From assembly GCA_002422125.1 (NCBI GenBank), contig DITF01000082.1:1-48329 (forward strand): 48,329 nt of DNA, written 5' to 3'. Positions 12,123-21,800 of the stretch are shown here, one piece after another. Under the pieces are notes generated by a model. The model was not told the DNA's origin and searched no databases. It saw nothing but the letters and a program-made list of their open reading frames with translations. Origin of the DNA: a bacterium UBP17_UBA6191. GTDB lineage: Bacteria; Muiribacteriota; UBA6191. Every line of letters begins with the position of its first letter. Position 1 is the stretch's first letter. Position numbers and translations under genes: made by a program.

Positions 12123-13409
12123 TCAATAGCCCGTCAACTGATCCTTTTTAAAATTTTTAGAGTAAAACTGATCCAGATGACGATTGAGAAGTACAAAATT
12201 TGTATTCAATTCAGAAATCTTGTGCGAAACAGTTTTTCCATGGCTTGGATCAAACAGGAAAAGACCAAGTTCTGTCAATAGATCTTGTAGTACCATAAAT
12301 TCGACTTTTTGATCAGGCAGGGGCTCTAACTGCATCAGACTTAATTTGCTTAGTGGCCACAACACAAGTTTCTCTGAAGAGCCAAAAAATTTTTTTGGTA
12401 TTTGAGCGTAAGTTTTAGCTAGTGCTGAGAATAGAAACTCCATTTTTGATGAGGCTTTATGATTTTTGATGAGCTGGTGTAGGGCCAGATGATGTTTTAA
12501 GAGGGGCCACAGTTGATCCTGATTCAAATTCCAGAATTTGTCCGAAACCATCAAAGTATTCAGTTCAGAATCGTATTTATAAAAGAATCCTGAAAACTCG
12601 GCTATGCCTAGTATTGTGAGGGGTTTTAGATTTATATCGAGCTCAGTAGTCTTTAACCAAAGATCCTGAATTTTGGCTGAATGTCTGTGAATGCGATCAA
12701 ATGTTACAGAGTTACCCGGATAAATCTCTAAAGTATTGTCAAGCATTCCAATTGCATTTAGGGGGTATTCATCCTGTAGGTATTGCATATCTAATTTTTG
12801 ATTTATTATAGGCTGGTTTAAATTTATCAAAAGGCCACGAAAGATTAGATTTTTGCTGATAGTGACATCGGGTTTTATTATTTTTGCTCTTATTTTAAGA
12901 TAGGTAAGCACTCCAAATGGTTCTTCTGGCAATGAGCTTAAGATTTCAATGGCTGCGTTTGTATAGTGGTTTGATAAGAGGATTTGCGCCTGACAATAGG
13001 GATTTTCCGGCAATAGGGGAGGGGTTTGGTTGGCATACATTTTATGTATAAAGGCCATCCACTCTAAAAACCAATGTATCGATTGTTCGGTTGTTTGAAG
13101 TTTATTGGCTGTAGCCCACTCAGGAATCCCATAATAATAGGCCACCAGAAGGGCCATAGCTCTTTGTTGGTTTTTTAATAGATACTCTGCCATCCAATCA
13201 GGTTTTACCCTGATTTTGTTTCTTATCAGCCAGGATCCCGTATGTATGACATTCAAAAGCTGTCTATCTTCCTGGGCTTTTACAAAAAGTTGATAGATTT
13301 CGCGAGGACTACTGGTCTGAATTTGGGTTCCAAAAGCCCCTAGTGGGTCAGGAAGCTCTAATGAATGTATAAGGGGTGTCAATAAGAGCAGGAAACACAG
13401 GGTTATCAT
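12123..13409 (-). CDS. Hypothetical secreted protein (orphan) in the slot usually occupied by rsmG
   Basis: 428 aa with an N-terminal hydrophobic signal-like segment (MITLCFLLLLTPLIHS). I see no recognisable catalytic or SAM-binding motifs. Its start codon directly abuts the mnmG stop. Confidence 0.5.
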   Translation of the reverse strand: MITLCFLLLLTPLIHSLELPDPLGAFGTQIQTSSPREIYQLFVKAQEDRQLLNVIHTGSWLIRNKIRVKPDWMAEYLLKNQQRAMALLVAYYYGIPEWATANKLQTTEQSIHWFLEWMAFIHKMYANQTPPLLPENPYCQAQILLSNHYTNAAIEILSSLPEEPFGVLTYLKIRAKIIKPDVTISKNLIFRGLLINLNQPIINQKLDMQYLQDEYPLNAIGMLDNTLEIYPGNSVTFDRIHRHSAKIQDLWLKTTELDINLKPLTILGIAEFSGFFYKYDSELNTLMVSDKFWNLNQDQLWPLLKHHLALHQLIKNHKASSKMEFLFSALAKTYAQIPKKFFGSSEKLVLWPLSKLSLMQLEPLPDQKVEFMVLQDLLTELGLFLFDPSHGKTVSHKISELNTNFVLLNRHLDQFYSKNFKKDQLTGY

Positions 13410-15269
13410 TTAAATCTGTTGGCGCTTTAGGTGGTTGATTAAGAGGGCTAGATCACTTTGCCGCACTCCAGAAATTAAGGATGCCTGTGCAATATCCTGG
13501 GGTAGGACTTCTTTGAGCTTTTGGCGGGATTCTTTAGATAGTGCCACAATCAGATCATAATTCATATCAGTGGGAATTCGTAATTGTGTTAGTCCTTCCC
13601 GTTCTTTAAGAATATCCTTTTGTTTTTGTATGTATCCAGAATATTTGACTTCGATCTCGGCCTCTTTTTTGACTTCATCCCCAAATGTGCTTAGAAAATT
13701 GTGTAATTTTGGTTCGATAATTTCCAAGGATTGTAGGTTTAATTCTGGTCGTCTGAGTAAATCCAGTAGAGATTTTTTCCCTGTATAGGCACTGGTTACA
13801 ATGGAGTGGGGGATACTGTCACCACAAACCTGAGTGTGCTGCAAAAAAGTCTGAATTTGATCCATACCTTTTCGTTTTGATTTCAGATTGTCTAATCGTT
13901 CTTTACTGGCAAGGCCGGAAGCATAGGCTATAGCTGTGAGACGCATATCGGCATTGTCGTGACGAATAAAAGTCCGATGCTCTACAAGCGATGTAAACAT
14001 GCGATATGGTTCCTTAGTACCCTTGGTTACCAAATCATTAATGAGCACGCCAATGTAGCTATTTTCGCGCGAGACAGCAATCGGTGGTTTTTCTTGAATT
14101 TTATTGGCGGCATTTATGCCTGCAATGATTCCTTGGGCTGCTGCTTCTTCATATCCGCTGGTTCCGTTGACCTGTCCTGCAAAATAAAGATTTTTTATGA
14201 TTTTGCTTTCCAGGCTCATAAAAAGTTGAATGGGATTAAAAAAGTCGTATTCCACGGCATAACCAGGTCTTAACATTTTGGCATTCTCTAAACCAGGTAG
14301 GGTATGTACCATTTTGATTTGTACGGAATGTGGCAAAGAACTGGAAAATCCCTGTAAATAGATTTCATTGTTAAAACGGGATTCTGGCTCTAGGTATAAT
14401 AAATGAGATGGTTTATCGGGAAATTTTACAAATTTGTCTTCGATACTTGGGCAGTAGCGTGGACCCAGGCCTTCAATCTGACCAGAATACAAGGGCGACA
14501 GATGTAGATGCTCCTCTATTACCTTACGAGTGTTGTCGGTTGTATAAGTGATGTGGCAGGGAATCTGAGGCAGGGACCTTTTTTGCGTGAGGTAAGAAAA
14601 ATGCGGCATAGGTTCTTCCCCAGCCTCAATTTCCAGACCCCTGTAATCAATGCTGGAATCAAGAATTCTGGGGGGAGTGCCAGTTTTAAGACGACCCTTT
14701 TTGATTCCAAATGAAGTGATACTTGTGGATAGATGGGTAGCTGGTGGTTCTCCAATGCGTCCCGCAGCTATCTGAGTCTGTCCAATATGACATTTTCCGT
14801 TCAGAAATGTTCCGGTGGTAACAATGACGGTCTGGGCATGGATTTCTTGGCCAGAAATAGTTTTAACTCCATATACCTGATCGTCTTTGACTAAAATATC
14901 TGTGACCACAGCCTGAAGCAGACTAAGATTTTTTTCCTGCTCCAAAGTGCGTTTCATCATGGCCTGATAGAGAATTTTGTCAGCCTGAGCCCTGAGGGCC
15001 TGAACCGCTGGACCCTTTTTGGAGTTTAAGGTACGAATTTGCAATAAGGTTTTGTCAATGGTCAAACCCATTTGCCCACCTAAGGCATCAATTTCTCGTA
15101 CTAAATGGCCCTTGGCTGTCCCGCCAATGGATGGGTTACAGGGCATTAAGGCAATGTTGTCAAGATTAAGAGTTATACAAAGTGTTTGATGTCCCATGCG
15201 CGAAGTAGCCAAGGCGGCTTCTAATCCAGCATGTCCCGCTCCGATTACAATAACTTCATAGCGTTTCAT
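13410..15269 (-). CDS. mnmG: tRNA uridine 5-carboxymethylaminomethyl modification enzyme MnmG (GidA), canonical copy
   Basis: 619 aa. FAD motif is VIGAGHAGLEAA. MPCNPSIGG, GPRYCPSIEDK, GYEEAAAQG, KEPYRMFTS..HR and the C-terminal helical domain ending ISGVRQSDLALL are also present. Confidence 0.93.
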   Translation of the reverse strand: MKRYEVIVIGAGHAGLEAALATSRMGHQTLCITLNLDNIALMPCNPSIGGTAKGHLVREIDALGGQMGLTIDKTLLQIRTLNSKKGPAVQALRAQADKILYQAMMKRTLEQEKNLSLLQAVVTDILVKDDQVYGVKTISGQEIHAQTVIVTTGTFLNGKCHIGQTQIAAGRIGEPPATHLSTSITSFGIKKGRLKTGTPPRILDSSIDYRGLEIEAGEEPMPHFSYLTQKRSLPQIPCHITYTTDNTRKVIEEHLHLSPLYSGQIEGLGPRYCPSIEDKFVKFPDKPSHLLYLEPESRFNNEIYLQGFSSSLPHSVQIKMVHTLPGLENAKMLRPGYAVEYDFFNPIQLFMSLESKIIKNLYFAGQVNGTSGYEEAAAQGIIAGINAANKIQEKPPIAVSRENSYIGVLINDLVTKGTKEPYRMFTSLVEHRTFIRHDNADMRLTAIAYASGLASKERLDNLKSKRKGMDQIQTFLQHTQVCGDSIPHSIVTSAYTGKKSLLDLLRRPELNLQSLEIIEPKLHNFLSTFGDEVKKEAEIEVKYSGYIQKQKDILKEREGLTQLRIPTDMNYDLIVALSKESRQKLKEVLPQDIAQASLISGVRQSDLALLINHLKRQQI

Positions 15270-17122
15270 GCTAAACCCTGTTTACAGGCATGTATTAAAA
15301 GGGCAATTTCTGCTGAGGAAATCCCCTCAATTTTTGCGGCCTGCCCCACACTAAAAGGTTTGACGGATTGGATTTTTTCTTTGGTGCTGGCACTTAATCC
15401 ATCAATTCCAGCATAATAAGTATCTTCATTAAGGATCAGTCCATCCAGTTCATCAGCATGTTCCATTCTGCGTTTTAGCTTTTGTAAAAAAAAGTCGTAT
15501 TTAATTCTGGTTTCAATTTTGGAAACTAAATGTGTTTGGGAAATGCAGGCGTAGCCAAAATGTTTCAGATCACGGTAGCGGATTTCTTCACGGCTTAAAA
15601 GATTGGCCAGAGAAATCGTGTTTTTGAATGCTGAAGAGTTGAGCTCACTTAGCTTGGCCAAAACTTCTTTGGTAGGTCTGAGTAGAGTGTTTTTTAAGGC
15701 CTCTACTTCCTGATTTACGATCTGTTTTTGCCACTCTTCAAAATCGTAGCGATCTTTGGTAATCAAACCTAGTTCATAACCAATTGCGGTTAGCCTTTCT
15801 TCGGCATTGTCGGAACGAAGATGTAGGCGAAACTCGGAAGATGATGTGGTCACTCGGAGTGGCTCGCTTCTAGGATTGGTAACCAGTTCGTCTACCATTT
15901 CCGCCAGATAGGAAGTTGTACTTTTTAAAACAAAGGGGGCTTTGCCATGGGCTTTATGGTGGGCATTGATTCCGGCGATTAAACCTTGGGCAGCAGCTTC
16001 TTCATACCCGCTTGTTCCATTGATCTGACCAGCGGTAAACAGATTGGCAACCTGTTTGAATTCCATATTCTTTTTTAACTGGGTGGCATCCACAGCATCG
16101 TATTCAATAGCATATCCGTAACGCACAATGCTGGCGTTTTCTAGCCCTGGTACGGAATGAACCACAGCCTCCTGGGCTTCAGGTGGCATAGAAGTGGTCA
16201 ACCCTAACAAGTACCATTCATCGTGAAAATCGGATTCCGGTTCCACAAAGATATGGTGCATTTCAATGTCTGGGAACCGGATGACCTTACGATCGATGGA
16301 AGGACAGTGTTTAGGACCATGCTGAGTAATATTACCAATCTTTAAGGGTGAATCATGGAGATTCTGTTTTACAGCATCGACTGTGGCTGCAGTGGTGTGA
16401 GTCAGATAACACTGTCTTTGTTTTTGACGGGAGATATCTTTGGTAAAAGTTAAAATACCCGAATCCCCTGGCATTGGTTTCATTTTACTAAAATCGATGC
16501 TGTTTCCGGCTATTCTAGGCGGTGTAGCTGTTTGTAACCGATGTATACGGATGCCAAGCTCCACTATGCTGTCAGAAAGATGAATTGATGCAGTGTTTCC
16601 AGAGGGGCCGCCGGGGGTTTTACTGTGACCCAAAATGATGTGTCCATTTAAAAATGTCCCCGTACATAAAATGACCGAACGGGCATGGTATTCAATGCCA
16701 GTGATGATTCTAACCCCGTAGACAGATTGATTTTGGTGCAGCAGGGCTACTGCCTCTCCTTGAACCAAGGTAATATTTGGGTGGGCTTCCAGTTTGGCTT
16801 TAACATGCAGATGATAACGAACCTTGTCGGATTGGGCTCTTAAAGCCTGTACAGCCGGGCCTTTAGATTCATTTAAGATACGAATTTGAAGGTAGGTTGC
16901 GTCTACCTGTTTACCCATCTGTCCACCTAAGGCATGGATTTCACGGACAAGATGACCTTTACCGGGACCACCTACAGATGGGTTGCAAGGCATCATGGCT
17001 ACACATTGCAATGAGGTAGCTAGTAGTAAGACTTTAGACCCAAGATTAGCGGCCGCAAAAGCGGCTTCTGTGCCAGCATGTCCGGCACCAACAACAATTA
17101 CATCAAAATTTTGTGGGCTCAT
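15266..17122 (-). CDS. Second, diverged full-length MnmG/GidA-family paralog
   Basis: 618 aa. It retains VVGAGHAGTEAA, MPCNPSVGG and GYEEAAAQG. The signature segments have drifted: GPKHCPSIDRK versus GPRYCPSIEDK, and SEPLRVTTSSSEFRL versus KEPYRMFTS. Both conserved Cys contexts and the C-terminal domain (IEGISSAEIALL) are kept. Its stop overlaps the downstream mnmG start in ATGA. Confidence 0.85.
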   Translation of the reverse strand: MSPQNFDVIVVGAGHAGTEAAFAAANLGSKVLLLATSLQCVAMMPCNPSVGGPGKGHLVREIHALGGQMGKQVDATYLQIRILNESKGPAVQALRAQSDKVRYHLHVKAKLEAHPNITLVQGEAVALLHQNQSVYGVRIITGIEYHARSVILCTGTFLNGHIILGHSKTPGGPSGNTASIHLSDSIVELGIRIHRLQTATPPRIAGNSIDFSKMKPMPGDSGILTFTKDISRQKQRQCYLTHTTAATVDAVKQNLHDSPLKIGNITQHGPKHCPSIDRKVIRFPDIEMHHIFVEPESDFHDEWYLLGLTTSMPPEAQEAVVHSVPGLENASIVRYGYAIEYDAVDATQLKKNMEFKQVANLFTAGQINGTSGYEEAAAQGLIAGINAHHKAHGKAPFVLKSTTSYLAEMVDELVTNPRSEPLRVTTSSSEFRLHLRSDNAEERLTAIGYELGLITKDRYDFEEWQKQIVNQEVEALKNTLLRPTKEVLAKLSELNSSAFKNTISLANLLSREEIRYRDLKHFGYACISQTHLVSKIETRIKYDFFLQKLKRRMEHADELDGLILNEDTYYAGIDGLSASTKEKIQSVKPFSVGQAAKIEGISSAEIALLIHACKQGLA

Positions 17123-17126
17123 AACC

Positions 17127-18062
17127 CTACATAATAGCAGATCCCACCCAGGGCATGGCCAGATTTACAAATCTCATGCTCCATTCCTCATACATTCGTG
17201 CCATGGATTCTGGGCCTACGAACAAAACAATTAAGGCCGCTAAAATCAGGTAAGGACCATAAGCAATCATGGTAAATCCCTTATGCTTGTCAACCAGTTT
17301 GGCTTTAATTAAAAATCCCAACCCAAACAGTGAGCCCGCGATTGAAGACAGAGCCAGGGTAAACATAGCACCTTGAACCCCCATAATAGAGCCGATCATG
17401 GCAATCAGCTTGATATCTCCGCCACCCATGGCATCACGGCCTAACCAGCGCGAGCATAACCAGGCAATCACAAATAGAAGTCCGGCTGAAAACAGGATGC
17501 CCAGTCCGCAGCTTTTTAGATTCCATATCTTATCAAACCCCTGTAAAAATACAGGGACGGAATCCCGATCCATTTGTTTCACCACTTCGCCAATAAGGGC
17601 TAGACCAACACCTAGTCCAATACCGGAGAAGTTTAGTTCATCTGGAATGATAAAGTAGCGAAAATCGATGATGGTAATAATGTAAAAAAGAAACCATAAG
17701 GCTAGAAATACAAAAAACCAGGGCTGAAGTCCGAATTTACCCCAAAATAGCCAAGCCACGGCCATAAAAAGAATTTCTCCCATAAATAAGTAGAAAGCAG
17801 ATCGTTTAGGGCAAGGCCATAACATCGCAAATAGGCTGAAATGCTCAAGGATGGAGTGGGTTTTTCCGCAGCTTTCACAAGGATGGGCTCGATGGGCGCG
17901 AAATCTAGTGATTCCACTGTAGCAGGCACCAGGAGTAATCACCTCAGATAACATCAGTTGTTCTAACTGATTTTCCAAAAGTGCCATACGGGCATATCGT
18001 TCCGTGAGGCAATGGGCCAATACAGCTAGAAAGAGGGTGGTAAGCGCAATGATGATTTCCAT
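17127..18062 (-). CDS. A24-family prepilin (type IV leader) peptidase
   Basis: 311-aa polytopic membrane protein. The two catalytic Asp contexts are IIDFRYFIIPDE and MGGGDIKLIAMIGS. An N-terminal CxxC (PCESCGK) is a remnant of the PilD Zn-binding/methyltransferase region. Confidence 0.8.
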   Translation of the reverse strand: MEIIIALTTLFLAVLAHCLTERYARMALLENQLEQLMLSEVITPGACYSGITRFRAHRAHPCESCGKTHSILEHFSLFAMLWPCPKRSAFYLFMGEILFMAVAWLFWGKFGLQPWFFVFLALWFLFYIITIIDFRYFIIPDELNFSGIGLGVGLALIGEVVKQMDRDSVPVFLQGFDKIWNLKSCGLGILFSAGLLFVIAWLCSRWLGRDAMGGGDIKLIAMIGSIMGVQGAMFTLALSSIAGSLFGLGFLIKAKLVDKHKGFTMIAYGPYLILAALIVLFVGPESMARMYEEWSMRFVNLAMPWVGSAIM

Positions 18063-18068
18063 AAGTAT

Positions 18069-18084
18069 TGTTTCACGTGAAACA
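18069..18084. promoter_or_regulatory. Perfect parS site
   Basis: TGTTTCACGTGAAACA is a perfect 16-bp palindrome identical to the canonical parS consensus. It lies in the 24-bp gap upstream of the prepilin peptidase-mnmG-mnmG-orphan-parA-parB gene string. Confidence 0.85.
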
Positions 18085-18086
18085 TA

Positions 18087-18824
18087 TCACAGATTAGAGG
18101 ATCGGCGTAACACTCCGCCAAAAAATCGTACTGCGATGGGATTTCCTTCTAAATTGAGGGCTGAGGACTGACTTAGTTCAAAGCCGATGGGGGTTTCAAT
18201 GGCACCAGGAATTAGGACATTTACAATTACGGATAGCAGTGTGCCGCGATAAATTCTTCGCGGTTGCACTTCTTGAGTCAGGCTGTGCCCAATCATGTAA
18301 TATCCGCAGAAGTTGGTACAATCAGGAAAGTTTGTGAGAAAGTTCTCATCATTGCGACCGACAAGAATCGCAAACTGTGGGTCAAGATAAGCCCGAAGCC
18401 GTACCGATTCAGTGCCTTCAATCAAGGAAATATTATTGCTGGAACTATCTACCACCCTAAGAATATTACGGTTGTATCTGAGCAGTAGAGGCAGGTCATA
18501 AATTTGATTGGCGCCCGTATCCAGATCCTTTATACGAATGTCGAGCTGAAATACATTGGCACCTAAGGATACCGAGGATAAGGCCAGATATATGGCATCT
18601 GAAGGCAGCTCCGATTCCTGCAACTCCGTACCCATACCAACATTTTGTGGAAAAGCAGAGTCGCGAAAATTAAAGGAAAATGTGGCTGGAGTAGATTGGT
18701 CCTGGGAGTTTGTACCAGAACTTTTTTCATCAAAGATAGAGCCATTGGAGGCAGCACACCCAAAAAGACCAAGGCCACAAAGGATTAAAAGTAGGATGAG
18801 ACTACTGTAATGCTTCATTACCAT
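18087..18824 (-). CDS. Lipoprotein with a cohesin-like beta-sandwich domain (tentative)
   Basis: The signal peptide carries a lipobox (LGLFGC). The mature part shows cohesin-like alternating-strand patterns: FQLDIRIKDLDTGANQIYDLPLLLRYNRNILRVVD, and RGTLLSVIVNVLIPGAIETPIGFEL...LNLEGNPI. It overlaps the stop of the dockerin-bearing protease gene. Confidence 0.45.
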   Translation of the reverse strand: MVMKHYSSLILLLILCGLGLFGCAASNGSIFDEKSSGTNSQDQSTPATFSFNFRDSAFPQNVGMGTELQESELPSDAIYLALSSVSLGANVFQLDIRIKDLDTGANQIYDLPLLLRYNRNILRVVDSSSNNISLIEGTESVRLRAYLDPQFAILVGRNDENFLTNFPDCTNFCGYYMIGHSLTQEVQPRRIYRGTLLSVIVNVLIPGAIETPIGFELSQSSALNLEGNPIAVRFFGGVLRRSSNL

Positions 18825-21800
18825 AAGCCTTTAACATAAGTTGCATGTCCTGTTCATTCACAATTCCATCAGCATTAAAATCTAAAAGGCAGTTGTCTTT
18901 TTTGGATACAGTACATAAACCCTGCCGAATATGTCGAGCCATAATGGCAATATCAAATGGATCAATTCGATTGGTTTGTGGAAAAATAAAGTCAGCGACA
19001 ACCTTGCTGGCATCAAGATTAACCATGCGAATGGTGATAGGCTGGGTAGGTTGCATACGAATAGAATCAATTTCAACGCGGATGTCAGCGGTGACGCTGA
19101 TTAGGGAAGGAATGGAGCGGATAATCTGAGTCCAGGAGCCATCGGCATTAGAGGTGATAGCTCCCTGTAAAACCCCAATGGTAGTAAAAATGGAAACAAT
19201 GGAAGTATCAGGTAGAAAAAGAGGCTCATTGGCCACGGTGCGAGGATAGATAGTTATTTTGGCTACATTCTTACCATTGGCATATATGACAGGAGTGTCT
19301 ACAAATATCAGAGTCTTATCTGGATCCGCTGAACCCGTTTTTGTAAATTCCAGTTCCTTGGTGATTAAAGATAACCGATTATCTACAAACAGGGTAATAA
19401 AAGCACGGGTAGAAAAGTTTGTGCTGCGAATGGACAATTCATAGGTACCATCAAGGTTATTAAAAAAGGATACCTGTTGTGAACCTTCTGGGCGCAAGAA
19501 CTGAGTAACCCCGTCTGGCTGAAGGGCTTTTCGTAAAAACTCTCCACTACTGATACTGGCTTTGATTCTGGTGGCATCAAGATTTGGCCCCATCCTACTA
19601 CCATCAGGAAAGGTGGGGATCACCGTGATTCTTGTGGTTGATATGCCATCTGCAGGTAATACATCGCTATCCAGATTTACCTCTAAGCGGTTTTCGTTAA
19701 TATCCAGAATTTCTACCCTTGCTGGTTTGCCAATGTCTTGAAATCCCGAAGAATTAATGCGGCCAGAAATTGTGACAGGGCAGCTTGTAGTTACAAATCC
19801 AGTGACGCGACTCCTTAACACTGTTGTAAGTCGAATGGAGTTGGCCACACTGATTGGGGAGGGATTAATGCTTAGATTGGTGGGTGAGGTCTCCTGATTA
19901 TTGGCATTTCTTAACGAGGCTAGAGTGTCGTGACAACCATCAGAACTGCCTAAGGACAAAAAGGCTAATCCACTAATGTCAGCATTAACTCGGGTATTGT
20001 CACTGAATCTGGGAATCAGCTCGACTTCAATTTCTTCTCCACTATTCATTGCCAAATAGCGTTTACTGGCCACAATTTCGGTCAGGGCGGGGCTGGAAGT
20101 ATCAAATTTTAGAACTTCTTGTTGGGTTAGTGGAATATCTACAATTGAAACTCTCATGTTAAAGCTACCAACACCAGGTTGGGCCGGTATAAAAGAACGA
20201 TAAAACGGATTACCCAAATATGTAATGGAGTCGCTTTTTCGAGGCGATGGAAAGGGATCAATTAAGCCATCGTTCATGATGATAAATGGTCCGGTAGTAC
20301 CGGCTCCAAACAGGGGCAAACCAGTGCTGCCTGTCAGAATTACATTAAAGTCAGAAGGCTGAAAGATAAAAGGTATAGGGGTCTGATCAGCAAAGGCTGG
20401 AAAAATCCTAACCTCAGCCACAGCAGTCGCTATCCCAGGAAAAGTTATGTGTACAGTACCTTGAGACAAAAGAAAAGACGAGCCTGTGGGTGATATGGAT
20501 TGGAAATTAATGGCTGGCTGTAGAGCTAAGGCAACCCCATCCAGATTGATCTGAATCTCGGCATTATCCTCTCCCGCAAATTGTACCGTGGTCTGATAGA
20601 GTTTTCCGATGGAATCAGTGATTTCAGCAATGGGGCTAGTGACTACGGGGCTGTTTTGGGAGCTTATGGAAGTCACAAAGGATGTATCGGGGGTTACTGT
20701 GATTGGGGCAAGGACTCTTTGATCGTTGGGGAATCTGGGTTCGATTTTAAAGGTTCCAGGAGCAGAATAGGCCTTGTTGGCATCTCCAAAGACTTGCCTT
20801 CCGCTGTTTTTAATGCCAAACACAATGTCTGGAACAAATGTAACCAGGCTTCTGTCACTATTGGCCTTACTGATAAACAGTAGGGAACTGACAAAAATTT
20901 GGGTTGTACCAGTTTCACTATCCAGACTGACATTAAGTCGAGTGAGACAGCTATCGGGAGCCCCTGTTCTTAAAGGGGCATATATTTCAAAGGCATAATA
21001 GGGAGTGCTGCTTTGAATATAGGTTGGCTGAATGGAAGTGATGGCAGTAGTGCGGGAAAAACTGGGTTGGGCAATTGTTTGACATAGGGTGGCACGACTA
21101 GACAGATTGTTTTGTGAATAGTCAGCCGTATTGGCAGGTACCATAGTCATGGTGAGCCGTTCGGATAAATCGGTATCGACAACCTGATTGCTGTTGTTTC
21201 TGGCAATCAGTTTGCCTCTAGTCCAGGAAAGGTTTAAATCCTCCCCGGCATTTTTTCCATTTGGATAGAGAAACAATTGATCAACCTCAAGGCTGGAACC
21301 GCTCAGATTTACATTGGAATTGCCCTGGTTAGTTACAAAGTTGACAGTTTGTCTTCCATTGACGGGAAGAAAAAAGGCTACGGCCGTATCGGAACCACTG
21401 GTAGGCTCTAAGGCTGATTCGGCCTGATTGTGCCAGAATTCCAAGGGAAATGTCCTGACTCTATTTAAAAAACTTTGTCTTAGGGTGTCAGGCACGGCAT
21501 TTAGAAAGACAAAGTCACTTTGTAGTTGCACCTGACGATTAGGATAGTTTGGGGCAGCAATTGGAAATGGTTCAATAAAGGCTTCATAGTTGCCTCTAGG
21601 AACTCCTAAGACCTCATATCTTCCGTCAAAATTGATTCCCGATCCGGTGATTCCCGAAATGGAGGAATACATTTTTGAGCGATCCTCAACATCCCAAATT
21701 AAGACATGGGCCCCGTTAATCACTTCTCCGGCAATGGCCCCGGACTGAATTTGCCCACTAACAAAACCATTAAAATTCCCACTACCACTAGGATAGGTAA

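Noticed and set aside
15266-17122. Second MnmG-like gene as TrmFO (the folate-dependent tRNA m5U54 methyltransferase)
   Set aside because: TrmFO proteins are about 430-450 aa and lack the MnmG C-terminal helical domain. This ORF is 618 aa with that domain present, so it is an MnmG-type paralog.
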